Positions 38,748 through 47,891 of a DNA stretch of 64,000 nt are shown here, in pieces. A program made the position numbers and the translations under genes. Location: the NCBI GenBank assembly GCA_003104935.1, contig PQAE01000012.1, forward strand, positions 4,988-68,987. The letters are read 5' to 3'. The DNA is from Parcubacteria group bacterium (GTDB lineage Bacteria > Patescibacteriota > Patescibacteriia > UBA1558 > GWA2-36-10). How positions within the stretch are numbered: position 1 is the first letter of the stretch; every line of letters starts with the position of its first letter. The notes under the pieces are model-generated. The model did no database searches, had not been told where the DNA came from, and worked only from the letters and a program-made list of their open reading frames with translations.

Positions 38748-39994
38748 TATTTTTTCTTCAATACTTTTTTTCCGACAAACTTTTGCAAAACCTTAGGCAC
38801 CTGCACTGACCCGTCCGCTTGCTGAAATTGTTCCAGGATGGCCGGCACTATGCGGCTGGTGGCTAGACCCGAGGCATTAAGTGTATGTAAAAATTCCGTC
38901 TTCTTAGCGTCTTTGTCCTTAAAACGGATATTGCCGCGCCGGGCCTGATAATCCAAAGCATTGGAAATACTGCTGACTTCTTTATAAACATTCATGCTGG
39001 GAATCCAGACTTCCAGATCAATAGTCTTGGCCATAGCGGCGCTGGCGTCCTCGGCCGCAAGCAAAACTGATTGACAGTGCAGACCTAGCCCCTCAACCAA
39101 CTTCTGAGCATTCTTTGTGAGCTCATCAAAAGCCTTCCAGGAATCTTCCGGCCGAGTAAACTGAAACATCTCAATCTTATTAAACTGATGGCCGCGCACC
39201 ATGCCCCGCTCCTCTTTGCGATAGGCTCCGGCCTCACGTCGGAAGCAAGCTGAATATGCAAAATATTTTCGCGGTAATTCTTCCCCAGGAATAATCTCGT
39301 CACGATGCCAATTGCCCAACATCATTTCGCTGGTAGCGTTTAAGCACAACCTATCTTGATTCCAATACAAATCATCTCTAAACTTGGGCAAATGTCCGGA
39401 GGTATAGGCCGACTGCTCAGTCAGTAAATACGGCGGCAAGATAAATTCATAATCATTTTTACGGTGAAACTCTATAAAATAATTTAGTAAAGCCCACTCC
39501 AGTAATGCTCCGTCTCCGGTATAAGCCCAAAAGCCCGAGCCGGACATCTTGACGGCGCGTTCATAATCCACCAGACCTAAACTAGTGGCTAATTCTACGT
39601 GATCTTTTGGGGTGAATTTAAAGGATGGTTTTTTTCCGAAAGTATGAATAACCTTATTATTTTCCTTGCCACCGGGCAAAACGTCTTCGGCTGGGAGGTT
39701 TGGCAGTTCCGACAACCTGATACGCAAAGTGTCCTCGACCGCGGCCAAGTTTTCGTCATATTGCTTTATTTCCTCGCCGACTTTTTTTAATTTGGCAATG
39801 GTGGCGGCGTCAGGTTTGGACTGGGAAGATTTGTTGCGCTGAGCCCTCAACTCTTCTGTCTTACTGATAAGCATCCGCCTTTCATCGTCCAGCTGTATCA
39901 GGTGCTCCAAATCAAAATTTTCCGGCTTTAATCTCTTGAGCAATGCTGCTTTGACCTGGTCTTTATGATCGCGAATTTTTTGAATGTCCAGCAT
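38747..39994 (-). CDS. serS: serine--tRNA ligase
   Basis: N-terminal coiled coil plus class II core motifs. 415 aa. Confidence 0.85.
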   Translation of the reverse strand: MLDIQKIRDHKDQVKAALLKRLKPENFDLEHLIQLDDERRMLISKTEELRAQRNKSSQSKPDAATIAKLKKVGEEIKQYDENLAAVEDTLRIRLSELPNLPAEDVLPGGKENNKVIHTFGKKPSFKFTPKDHVELATSLGLVDYERAVKMSGSGFWAYTGDGALLEWALLNYFIEFHRKNDYEFILPPYLLTEQSAYTSGHLPKFRDDLYWNQDRLCLNATSEMMLGNWHRDEIIPGEELPRKYFAYSACFRREAGAYRKEERGMVRGHQFNKIEMFQFTRPEDSWKAFDELTKNAQKLVEGLGLHCQSVLLAAEDASAAMAKTIDLEVWIPSMNVYKEVSSISNALDYQARRGNIRFKDKDAKKTEFLHTLNASGLATSRIVPAILEQFQQADGSVQVPKVLQKFVGKKVLKKK

Positions 39995-40000
39995 AAAAAA

Positions 40001-40657
40001 TTATTTTAAAATAATTGAAAGTATCATATCACCCTGCACAATGTTATTTACAACATCCTGGCCTTTGGTTACCTGACCAAAAATAGTGTGCTTATTGTCC
40101 AGCCAGGGCGTGGGCACGTGGGTAATAAAAAATTGGGAGCCATTGGTATTGGGACCGGAGTTGGCCATGGCCAAAACTCCCGGCTTATCAAACTTCAGAT
40201 TCGGGCTAAACTCATCGGCAAATTTATATCCAGGTCCGCCGGTACCGGCAATCGGTAGGCCACTGCTGTCCGGTGCATAAACAAAATCCTTTCCCGCCGT
40301 ACCCTTGGCCTGCGGATCTCCGGTTTGAATCATAAAATCGGCAATCACCCGGTGAAAATAAATACCGTCATAAAAACCGCTCTGGGCTAATTTTATAAAA
40401 TTAGCCACGGTAGCCGGCGCCTGATCTTTATAAAATGTAATGTCAATCTCTCCCTTGGTAGTAACAATACTGGCCGCGGTGACTGTGTTATTCTGATCCA
40501 TAATTAATTTTTTATCCTGATTATTGACTAAAATATTTTTCTGATTAACTTTTTGGCCTGTCTGACTATTATTCTGCGCGCGGCCGCCGACTAAATAGCC
40601 CAAACCGATCAATAAAAGTATTGCCACTACCACCCCTAAATATTTATTCTGATTCAT
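40001..40657 (-). CDS. cyclophilin-type peptidyl-prolyl isomerase (membrane-anchored or secreted)
   Basis: N-terminal TM. Cyclophilin motifs FHRVI.DFMIQ.GD and [15 protein letters not shown]. Confidence 0.8.
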   Translation of the reverse strand: MNQNKYLGVVVAILLLIGLGYLVGGRAQNNSQTGQKVNQKNILVNNQDKKLIMDQNNTVTAASIVTTKGEIDITFYKDQAPATVANFIKLAQSGFYDGIYFHRVIADFMIQTGDPQAKGTAGKDFVYAPDSSGLPIAGTGGPGYKFADEFSPNLKFDKPGVLAMANSGPNTNGSQFFITHVPTPWLDNKHTIFGQVTKGQDVVNNIVQGDMILSIILK

Positions 40658-41252
40658 ATTGCAATTTTTTAATAATTTTATTGACCGCTTGGCCGCGGTG
40701 ACTAATCTTATTTTTTTCTTCTATGGATAGCTGAGAAAATACTTTATCGTGACCCAGTGGGTAAAAAATCGAACTATAGGGTAGGCCCGGCTCAATCGGA
40801 CAGGCTAATTCCGTCCCAATCCTTCCCCGGCAGGTGCCTTCAGCGGTGATTAGCTCCTCGCCGTCAAACAGAGCCGCCACGGTAATAAACTGACAGTTAC
40901 GTTTTTCAACAGGTACTTTTTGCAAACTCTTTAACAACCAATCTAGAATATCCTGGTCTGAGCCGCGCTGGGCATTGCCCCAACGGCGAGAGTGCACTCC
41001 CGGCTCTCCGTGCAAGGCATCCACGGCTAATCCGGAATCATCGGCAAGAGTCGGTATTTTGGCCAACTCAAAATAAAACTTGGCCTTGGCTACGGCATTA
41101 TCCTCAAAGGTCCGCCCAACTTCTTCAAATTCTTCGCTGATTTTCAAATCGTTCAAGGAATATATCGGGATACCGAAGGTCTCAAAAAGTTTTTTTAATT
41201 CCGCAAACTTTCCGGAATTGTGAGTGGCAATCAATAATTTCTCAAGCTTCAT
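40644..41252 (-). CDS. rdgB: non-canonical purine NTP pyrophosphatase RdgB/HAM1
   Basis: [14 protein letters not shown]-terminus. Ham1 fold motifs. Confidence 0.8.
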   Translation of the reverse strand: MKLEKLLIATHNSGKFAELKKLFETFGIPIYSLNDLKISEEFEEVGRTFEDNAVAKAKFYFELAKIPTLADDSGLAVDALHGEPGVHSRRWGNAQRGSDQDILDWLLKSLQKVPVEKRNCQFITVAALFDGEELITAEGTCRGRIGTELACPIEPGLPYSSIFYPLGHDKVFSQLSIEEKNKISHRGQAVNKIIKKLQYESE

Positions 41253-41289
41253 AAATAAATTACAGGTACTGGTTAGAAACTACTCGTCA

Positions 41290-42822
41290 CTAAGTGCTCG
41301 CCTTCGGCCGCATAGTTGGGAATAAAATAACTTCTTTGATATTTTCCACATCGCCCAGCATCATTACCAGCCGATCAATGCCGATGCCTACTCCGGCGGT
41401 AGGCGGCATGCCGTGTTTCAATGCCTCCACAAAGTCATCGTCGGCACCCTGTGCCTCGTCATCGCCGGCCGCCCGCAATCTCTTTTGCTCCTCAAAACGT
41501 TCGGCCTGATCCAGAGGATCATTGAGCTCAGAAAAAGCGTTACAAAGCTCTGCGGTCTTGACCACTAATTGAAATCTTTCTACGTAGTTTGGCCGATCCG
41601 GAATTTTTTTGGCTAAGGGCGACAACTCAATCGGATGGTTAATAATAAAGGTCGGTTGAATTATTTTTGACCGAACAAATTTTTTGTACAGTTCGTCCAG
41701 CAGTTTGCCCCGGCCCCAGCTTTTATCCACCGGCAAATTAGCTTTCATGGCGATAGCGGCCAAGTCATTATCCGAGGCCTGATCAATATTAATTTTTAAA
41801 GCTTTATCCAGCTCGGTCTTAAAATCCAGACGCGGATAGGGCGTTTTAAAATTTAAGGTATCATTACCGCACTTTATGTTGGTCTTGTGAAACAGTCCTT
41901 TGACCATACTTTCAAGATATTTTTCCACCAGCTCCATATAACCCCGGTAATCCTGATACGCCTCATAGGCCTCCAACTGGGTAAACTCGGGGTTGTGCTG
42001 ATGATCGATGCCCTCATTTCTAAAACAGCGGGCGATTTCATATACTTTGTCATAACCACCGATGATTAATCTCTTCAGATAAAGCTCCGGGGCAACCCGT
42101 AAGTACAGATCCATATCCAGGGCATTATGGTGCGTCACAAATGGTTTGGCCGTAGCACCGGTAGCGATAACTTGTAATACTGGCGTGTCTACATCCATAT
42201 AACCGCGCTCATCAAAAAAATTGCGCGTTAATTTTATAATCTTAGAACGCAGATCAAAAACTGTTTTTCTGTCCGGATTCACAATCAGATCCAAATATCT
42301 CTTGCGAAAGCGCAGATCCGGATCCTTCAGACCATAATATTCATCGGGAATCGGCAACAAGGCCTTGGTTAATAATCGAAAATTACTAACCAGCAAGGTT
42401 GATTCATCTGTCTTGGTCGTAAAAGCCGTGCCGCTAAACTCCACAAAGTCTCCTTGGTCTATAAAGTTCTTAAACTGCTCATACTCCTCGGCTCCTATAC
42501 TGTCCTGGCGCAAAAAGGCCTGCAGTCTTCCGCTACCGTCGGCAAAGTGCAAAAAACAAGATCCGCCCTGCAGACGCAAGCTAAATATACGGCCGGCCAA
42601 AACTACTTTTTTCTGGGACTTTAATAATTTACTAAAATCCTGCAGAAAGTCCGCTACCCGATAATTTCGGGCAGTCTGAGCCGGATAGGCGCTAAGCCCT
42701 CTCTTCCTGATTTCCTGCAACTTATCCAACCTTTGTTTATACTCGTCGTTGATGTTTATTTTTTCTCTCATAGAAATGATAAATATATACATAATAATAC
42801 CGAATTTTGAGCTAAAAAGCAA
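41290..42822 (-). CDS. lysS: lysine--tRNA ligase (class II); true start probably at an internal ATG near 42771
   Basis: Anticodon-binding OB and class II motifs. C-terminal GMPPTAG.GIGIDRL. Confidence 0.85.
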   Translation of the reverse strand: MLFSSKFGIIMYIFIISMREKININDEYKQRLDKLQEIRKRGLSAYPAQTARNYRVADFLQDFSKLLKSQKKVVLAGRIFSLRLQGGSCFLHFADGSGRLQAFLRQDSIGAEEYEQFKNFIDQGDFVEFSGTAFTTKTDESTLLVSNFRLLTKALLPIPDEYYGLKDPDLRFRKRYLDLIVNPDRKTVFDLRSKIIKLTRNFFDERGYMDVDTPVLQVIATGATAKPFVTHHNALDMDLYLRVAPELYLKRLIIGGYDKVYEIARCFRNEGIDHQHNPEFTQLEAYEAYQDYRGYMELVEKYLESMVKGLFHKTNIKCGNDTLNFKTPYPRLDFKTELDKALKINIDQASDNDLAAIAMKANLPVDKSWGRGKLLDELYKKFVRSKIIQPTFIINHPIELSPLAKKIPDRPNYVERFQLVVKTAELCNAFSELNDPLDQAERFEEQKRLRAAGDDEAQGADDDFVEALKHGMPPTAGVGIGIDRLVMMLGDVENIKEVILFPTMRPKAST

Positions 42823-42847
42823 CGAATATTACAATGTTTTCTGACTA

Positions 42848-42876
42848 TTGACAATATTATAATTATATGCTATAAT
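42848..42876 (+). promoter_or_regulatory. consensus sigma70 promoter (TTGACA, 17-nt spacer, TATAAT)
   Basis: Perfect -35 and -10 hexamers with optimal spacing, upstream of the 2-TM miniprotein. Confidence 0.6.
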
Positions 42877-42922
42877 GAGAGAATAATCAGTGTTCCTAAC
42901 ACCCTATCGTTTGGAGATAGTC

Positions 42923-43102
42923 ATGTTCCTCTGTACTTTTCTTGGCACGCTTCTTGGTGCCGTTACGGGCCTTGAGGTTTACAACGGAACTAACAACTCC
43001 GGTTTGGCATGTGCAAGCTCGATGGCCATCTTCGCCATAGGAATGCTCGTGGGAAGAGTAGTAGTGGCCATCGAGGATTTGCGCAGGCAAATCAAAGGAT
43101 AA
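42923..43102 (+). CDS. small 2-TM membrane protein (59 aa from the ATG with GGAGA RBS; the track ORF starts at GTG 42890)
   Basis: Two hydrophobic helices and a basic C-terminal tail. GC-rich compared with neighbours. Confidence 0.45.
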   Translation: MFLCTFLGTLLGAVTGLEVYNGTNNSGLACASSMAIFAIGMLVGRVVVAIEDLRRQIKG

Positions 43103-43114
43103 GCGCATCATCAA

Positions 43115-43163
43115 AAGAGACTCATTACTTCAATACCAATGAAGACAAATGAGTCTCTTTTCA
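43115..43163 (+). terminator. intrinsic terminator (11-bp stem AAGAGACTCAT...ATGAGTCTCTT followed by TTTTCAGTTT)
   Basis: Perfect 11-bp inverted repeat with a 23-nt loop and a T-run. Confidence 0.55.
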
Positions 43164-43167
43164 GTTT

Positions 43168-43200
43168 ACCCCGTTAGACGCCAGTGGCGTCTAACGGGGT
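43168..43200. promoter_or_regulatory. perfect 15-bp inverted repeat with 3-bp spacer (ACCCCGTTAGACGCC agt GGCGTCTAACGGGGT) abutting the -35 element. Operator-like.
   Basis: The right arm ends at the first T of TTGACA. No U-tract follows it directly. Confidence 0.45.
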
Positions 43201-43228
43201 TGACAAATATGCTTTTTTTTGATATTTT
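43200..43228 (+). promoter_or_regulatory. sigma70-like promoter (TTGACA, 17-nt spacer, TATTTT)
   Basis: Consensus -35 hexamer, 17-nt spacer, AT-rich -10. Sits upstream of the AAGGA RBS and the ATG at 43273. Confidence 0.45.
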
Positions 43229-43272
43229 GAAGCGTAAATCATGTTCGCTCCACTAGCTGAAAGGATAAAGCC

Positions 43273-43530
43273 ATGCAAGGCCTTCTGTTTCTGGAAATCG
43301 ACAAGGGCAAGTTCGGCGCTCATGGTTATGCCGACCACACCCAGATCTGGCACCTGGTGCAGGACGGACATGCCCTGCACATCAAGAAACACTTCACGGG
43401 CAAACCTGGTGAGGAACAGCTCAAGGTCACAGTCACTGAGTGTGACGAGTCCTGCCCGCAACTGGTAAATATCCCCGAGCATGTCGTCACTAAGGCCCTG
43501 CCCAAGATTCAGGAAATCATCAAGCGTTGA
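43273..43530 (+). CDS. His-rich hypothetical protein (85 aa) with a CxxxC pair
   Basis: AAGGA RBS 7 nt upstream. GC is about 55%. Seven His residues, several spaced two to three residues apart, and the Cys pair CDESC. Confidence 0.45.
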   Translation: MQGLLFLEIDKGKFGAHGYADHTQIWHLVQDGHALHIKKHFTGKPGEEQLKVTVTECDESCPQLVNIPEHVVTKALPKIQEIIKR

Positions 43531-43598
43531 TGAACTGATTCTATGTCCAGAGGGGCATACGCCCTCGTCAGCACGAGCATATTTTCCCAGGAGGCCTA

Positions 43599-43700
43599 AT
43601 GACCAGGTACATCATCTTTATCGGTGCGATCGTCGTGGCCGCAATCATCATCACTGCCCGTGTACTCATGGGCAAAGAGAATATCGGCGACTACATGTGA
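43599..43700 (+). CDS. 33-aa single-TM peptide (MTRYIIFIGAIVVAAIIITARVLMGKENIGDYM), below the ORF-track cutoff
   Basis: Strong AGGAGG RBS 4 nt upstream. Hydrophobic helix followed by a charged tail. Co-transcribed with the 85-aa gene. Confidence 0.4.
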   Translation: MTRYIIFIGAIVVAAIIITARVLMGKENIGDYM

Positions 43701-43715
43701 GTCGCTGCCACAAAC

Positions 43716-43745
43716 AGGGACAGCCACATGGCTGTCCCTTTCAAA
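43716..43745 (+). terminator. intrinsic terminator (GGGACAGCC acat GGCTGTCCC followed by TTTCAAATTT)
   Basis: 9-bp GC stem, tetraloop and T-rich tail after the peptide gene. Confidence 0.5.
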
Positions 43746-43746
43746 T

Positions 43747-44550
43747 TTATTCAATTTTTGGCAAGGGCTGTTTCCGGTACTTCCACAGATATTTCAGAAA
43801 ACTAAGAATATGATTACGGGCGGTTTTTTTAAACAAGGTTTTCCAAAGATTATCCGAAGCCGACTCTCGCCGGTGCAGATGGATGATCTCGGCCTCGCCC
43901 ACGTAAGCCACCATATAGCCGGCGGCCCAAAACCTCCGGGACCAATCTAGGTCCTCCATATACATGAAATACCTTTCGTCTAACAGGCCGACTTTTTCTA
44001 AGGTTGACCGCCGGACAATCAGACAGGCGCCAAATAAAGCCGGCACATAAGCATTGACACTATGGTCAATATCCGTCATTAAATAATTATTTAACCAGGC
44101 TTGTCCGGCCCGACTCTGCCCTACTCCGGTGCGACGGTACAGCGGTAGATGCCAGTCCGGAAAACGGGTACAGGAATACTGCACACTCTTATCGGCATTG
44201 ATCAGTCGCGGACCGGCCAACCCCACTTCCGGATGCGCTTCCATATATTCATACAATTTATTCAGTCCGTCCGACAATATAGCTAGATCCGGATTACATA
44301 TCAAAATATACTTGCCCTGGCTGGCCTTAACGCCCAGATTATTGCCGTAGGCAAAACCGCCGTTTTTATTGCTCTGAATAAATTTCACCCCGGGAAATTT
44401 TGGAACCAATTCAGCGATGCCATCATAGGAGCCGTTATCCACCACAATAATTTCATTGTGGTAAGGCAAACCTAGCTCCAGCAGATTAACCAATAATTCC
44501 TTAACTAAACGCCGGTTAAAATAATTTAGTATTACTATTGATAAATCCAT
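43747..44550 (-). CDS. family 2 glycosyltransferase
   Basis: IVILNYFN...VVDNGSYDG GT-A N-terminus with DxD region. Confidence 0.7.
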   Translation of the reverse strand: MDLSIVILNYFNRRLVKELLVNLLELGLPYHNEIIVVDNGSYDGIAELVPKFPGVKFIQSNKNGGFAYGNNLGVKASQGKYILICNPDLAILSDGLNKLYEYMEAHPEVGLAGPRLINADKSVQYSCTRFPDWHLPLYRRTGVGQSRAGQAWLNNYLMTDIDHSVNAYVPALFGACLIVRRSTLEKVGLLDERYFMYMEDLDWSRRFWAAGYMVAYVGEAEIIHLHRRESASDNLWKTLFKKTARNHILSFLKYLWKYRKQPLPKIE

Positions 44551-44554
44551 ATTT

Positions 44555-45562
44555 TTATCTAAACCATTTCCTCATGTCGGCGGGCTTGAGCTCGGTATGC
44601 GACATAATAAATTTGTGCTTCTTTTTTAGCTTAGGCAAACTCCGAAAAAACTCGCTCAATCCGCCCAAGGTTTGCCTTTCAAAAATTAATAAATAAATAA
44701 ATTTACGAAATTCGTACCAACTGATGGGCCAAAAGTCCTGCCAAATGTTTTTAAAAAAAGAATTTTTATACAAAGTCATCAGATGATTGCGGTAGGACAG
44801 ACGATTGGCCAGAGTGCGGTGTTTAAACATAAAACGGATATTACTGCCGCCACTGACACTACGGTGATGATATGCTTTGGTATTGGTGATCAACCAGTTT
44901 TGCCAGCCGGCCAGACGCAGTCGCCATGCCAGATCCACGTCTTCTTTATAGGCGAAAAAATCCTCATCAAAAAATTCAAAATAATTTTCCTCTTTGGTCT
45001 GAGCCACGCTTTCCAGAGCTTTACGGCGATAAATTACTGCCGTAGCGCTCAGTCCAAAAACCTCGGTGTTTTCCAGAGGCCGGTCAGCTTGGCCCTGCAA
45101 ATAATCGTAGACAAAACGCTTGCGATCTATTTTAAGTCCGGCCGAATCAATTATTTCTGTCTTATGACCTTCGCTAAAATCCCAATACATCAATTTACCC
45201 GAGACGCTAGCACACATCGGATTCTTATCCATAAAGTCCACTAAGCTTTGAATATAGTCTTTATCTAAGATAATATCCTGGTTTAAAACAAAAACATAGT
45301 CCGATTCAGTCCAATTCATAATCAGGTTATGGCCACGGGCAAAACCGATATTTTGCTTTTGCCTGACTATCCGCGTACCCGGCAAGGCATCCTCTACGGC
45401 CTTTACCGAATCATCGGTAGAGGCATTATCTAAAACTAACAGCGTCCAATCTTTAAAAGTTTGCGCTTTAAGACTATTAATCAGCCAGGGCAGATAGTGA
45501 ACCCCGTTCCAGGTCAATAAACTGATAATTACTTTATTTTCCTTGTTAGTGCTCATGTCCAA
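44555..45562 (-). CDS. family 2 glycosyltransferase
   Basis: ISLLTWNG...LVLDNASTDDS GT-A N-terminus. Confidence 0.7.
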   Translation of the reverse strand: MDMSTNKENKVIISLLTWNGVHYLPWLINSLKAQTFKDWTLLVLDNASTDDSVKAVEDALPGTRIVRQKQNIGFARGHNLIMNWTESDYVFVLNQDIILDKDYIQSLVDFMDKNPMCASVSGKLMYWDFSEGHKTEIIDSAGLKIDRKRFVYDYLQGQADRPLENTEVFGLSATAVIYRRKALESVAQTKEENYFEFFDEDFFAYKEDVDLAWRLRLAGWQNWLITNTKAYHHRSVSGGSNIRFMFKHRTLANRLSYRNHLMTLYKNSFFKNIWQDFWPISWYEFRKFIYLLIFERQTLGGLSEFFRSLPKLKKKHKFIMSHTELKPADMRKWFR

Positions 45563-46973
45563 AAATTATGGTACTGAGCATCAAGGCGCCCAAGCCCAGA
45601 GGATGATTTAGATAAGGGCTAAATATGTGGATGACTGCCACGGCACCCAGAATAGATATAATGGCCATTGGTTTAATATATTGCTCTCTTATCCGGCCAT
45701 AAGCTCTCTTTAAAACTAGCAAAATCCAGGCTACAAAACAAGCTACCAGCAATACTCCGCCCTTGACCCACTGATCCAGCCAACCCCACTCAAAAGAATA
45801 AGTAGTCAGCCAGCCCTCGGGATTATCTCCGCTCTTGATGCGCGGGTCATTGGACCGATAAGTCAGTTCCTTGCCAAAACCATAACCGATTAACGGACTA
45901 TTTTTTATGGCCTGGCCCATCACCGGCAAAAGTTGGAGGCGGCTGCTCGCCGCGGCTTCACCACTGTCAGTACTGCGCTGGCCAAAAATCTGCCAGGAAT
46001 TCCAGTGCGGCAGATTGTAGGCTAACTCTACAAACAAAAAACCTAGAATAAATACAGGAATCAAGCGTAGCCAGATTTTCCATGAATAAATATGGCGCCG
46101 GAAAATAATATAATTTACTGATAGTAAGGTACCAGCTACAACCACTCCTAACCAGAAACTGCGTGACAAGGAAATATATAAAGCGGCAATAAAAATGGCT
46201 AGATAAAATATAAGACCATATTTTTTATTACCAAAAAATTGTTTCAAAAATAAAACTACAAATGCAAATAAAACATAAATTTGCGCGGACATAAATACCC
46301 GCCAAAAATTGACAGTAAAGGGAGTGATTTCTCCGCTACGACTATCTCTGACCCATTTGTATAAAAAAGTTAAATTTGTACTGTGATAATACTGGGCATA
46401 GACGTTGAAAATCGTAATTGTTTTGACGCTGATAATCAGAACCGCGGCCAGCAAGAGCTGATAAATATTTTTTAAATAATCGCGTTGATAAAACTCATAC
46501 CAAACCGGCAGATATAAAACATAAAAATAAGCATTGGCGTCAAGAAATATATCAGCCCACGGATATTTATTATAAATACCAACGATTATCGCCAAAGCAA
46601 TGATCGTGATTAGAAACAACCACAGCCTAAAAAAATTTTTATCTTTGACTAGTTTTAATTGAGGTAATTTTGCGCAGTATTTTATGGCAAAAGCTGAGAC
46701 AATAGCGGCAAAAATGATCATTCTGGCGGAGATGCCAGCCCAAATAAAACTATGGCCGGCGCCGCCCCAAAATAGTTCCGCTAGCGACAAATACAGAGCG
46801 TATTCCGGCTTCCAAAAAACCAAGACAAAACCCAATATAAATAAGCCGGCTAAAACATAAAAATTAATAAAAATAAAGTTATAGGCCAACCATGAACAGA
46901 TTTCGGCCAGTAAAAAAAACAGTAAATAATATAGCAATCTATTCTTCTTCATCGGGGTGTAAAAACCAGGCAT
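45546..46973 (-). CDS. polytopic membrane protein, O-antigen polymerase/ligase (Wzy)-like
   Basis: More than 10 predicted TM helices with a large loop. Position inside the glycan cluster. Confidence 0.5.
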   Translation of the reverse strand: MPGFYTPMKKNRLLYYLLFFLLAEICSWLAYNFIFINFYVLAGLFILGFVLVFWKPEYALYLSLAELFWGGAGHSFIWAGISARMIIFAAIVSAFAIKYCAKLPQLKLVKDKNFFRLWLFLITIIALAIIVGIYNKYPWADIFLDANAYFYVLYLPVWYEFYQRDYLKNIYQLLLAAVLIISVKTITIFNVYAQYYHSTNLTFLYKWVRDSRSGEITPFTVNFWRVFMSAQIYVLFAFVVLFLKQFFGNKKYGLIFYLAIFIAALYISLSRSFWLGVVVAGTLLSVNYIIFRRHIYSWKIWLRLIPVFILGFLFVELAYNLPHWNSWQIFGQRSTDSGEAAASSRLQLLPVMGQAIKNSPLIGYGFGKELTYRSNDPRIKSGDNPEGWLTTYSFEWGWLDQWVKGGVLLVACFVAWILLVLKRAYGRIREQYIKPMAIISILGAVAVIHIFSPYLNHPLGLGALMLSTIIFGHEH

Positions 46974-47886
46974 AATATATGGTCAACATGATATTCAACG
47001 GCGTTAATAACAGTAAGATCAGCCACTGCCACCGGGGCTTGTTTTTCCAAAAAAAATGCAATAAGCTACGGTTGAAAATAAATTGTTTACGGATGATACC
47101 CCGCTGATTAAAGCTGGCCCCGGCTTGGTGGCGCAGAGTGGCCTGAGGAAAAAACACCACTGACCAACCGGCTCGCCTGGCCCGCAGGCAATAATCCACT
47201 TCCTCAAACCAGACAAAAAATTTCTCGTCCAGCAAACCAATCTGGTCAACAAGTTTACGGTTTATCAGCATGGCCGCGCCCATGACCTGCTCTACTTCCT
47301 GAGTCCGGGAGTAATCAAAATTTTCCTGCAAATATTCACCGATCGCATCCTGGGCCGAAAGCTTGGTCCCGACTTTAGTCAATAAGATCGACGGCGGCAT
47401 ATTCATTTTTTTTTGCTTGGCCAGTTGCGGAGAAATAATATTTTGCAGTTTTAATAGAGTCAGGATCTGCGAGTGCAGATCGGGAAATTTGCGCACCGAA
47501 TGCTGTACTGTGCCGTCGCTACTGAGTATTTTCGGCCCTAATATTCCTACCTCAGGGTGCTGACGCATATATTCCAGCAAACCAGGCAAGGTATTTTCCC
47601 CAATTTCCGTATCCGGATTGAGTAAAAGTATATAATCGCCATCGGACTGCTTGATACCAAGGTTGCAGGCTTTGGCAAAACCGTGATTACGCGGTAAAGC
47701 TATAGAAATCACATCCGGAAAATCCATAATCAGCATTTCCGAGGTTCCGTCCTGGGAATCATTGTCCACCACAAAAATCTCCAGCTTCAGACCATGACTG
47801 TATTTTTCCAAAGACTGCAAGCACTTATCCAAAAGACGCCTGACCTTCCAATTGACGATAATAATCGATAAATCCGGTTTAGCCAT
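46939..47886 (-). CDS. family 2 glycosyltransferase
   Basis: LSIIIVNWK...VVDNDSQDGT GT-A N-terminus. Confidence 0.7.
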   Translation of the reverse strand: MAKPDLSIIIVNWKVRRLLDKCLQSLEKYSHGLKLEIFVVDNDSQDGTSEMLIMDFPDVISIALPRNHGFAKACNLGIKQSDGDYILLLNPDTEIGENTLPGLLEYMRQHPEVGILGPKILSSDGTVQHSVRKFPDLHSQILTLLKLQNIISPQLAKQKKMNMPPSILLTKVGTKLSAQDAIGEYLQENFDYSRTQEVEQVMGAAMLINRKLVDQIGLLDEKFFVWFEEVDYCLRARRAGWSVVFFPQATLRHQAGASFNQRGIIRKQFIFNRSLLHFFWKNKPRWQWLILLLLTPLNIMLTIYYAWFLHPDEEE

Positions 47887-47891
47887 AATAT

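Noticed and set aside
43174-43813. Track ORFs 43174-43482(-), 43241-43468(+), 43481-43813(+) and 43624-43950(+) in the GC-rich islet
   Set aside because: They are alternative frames in GC-rich DNA and overlap the RBS-supported 85-aa and 33-aa genes. Their translations are Arg/Ser/Pro-rich nonsense.
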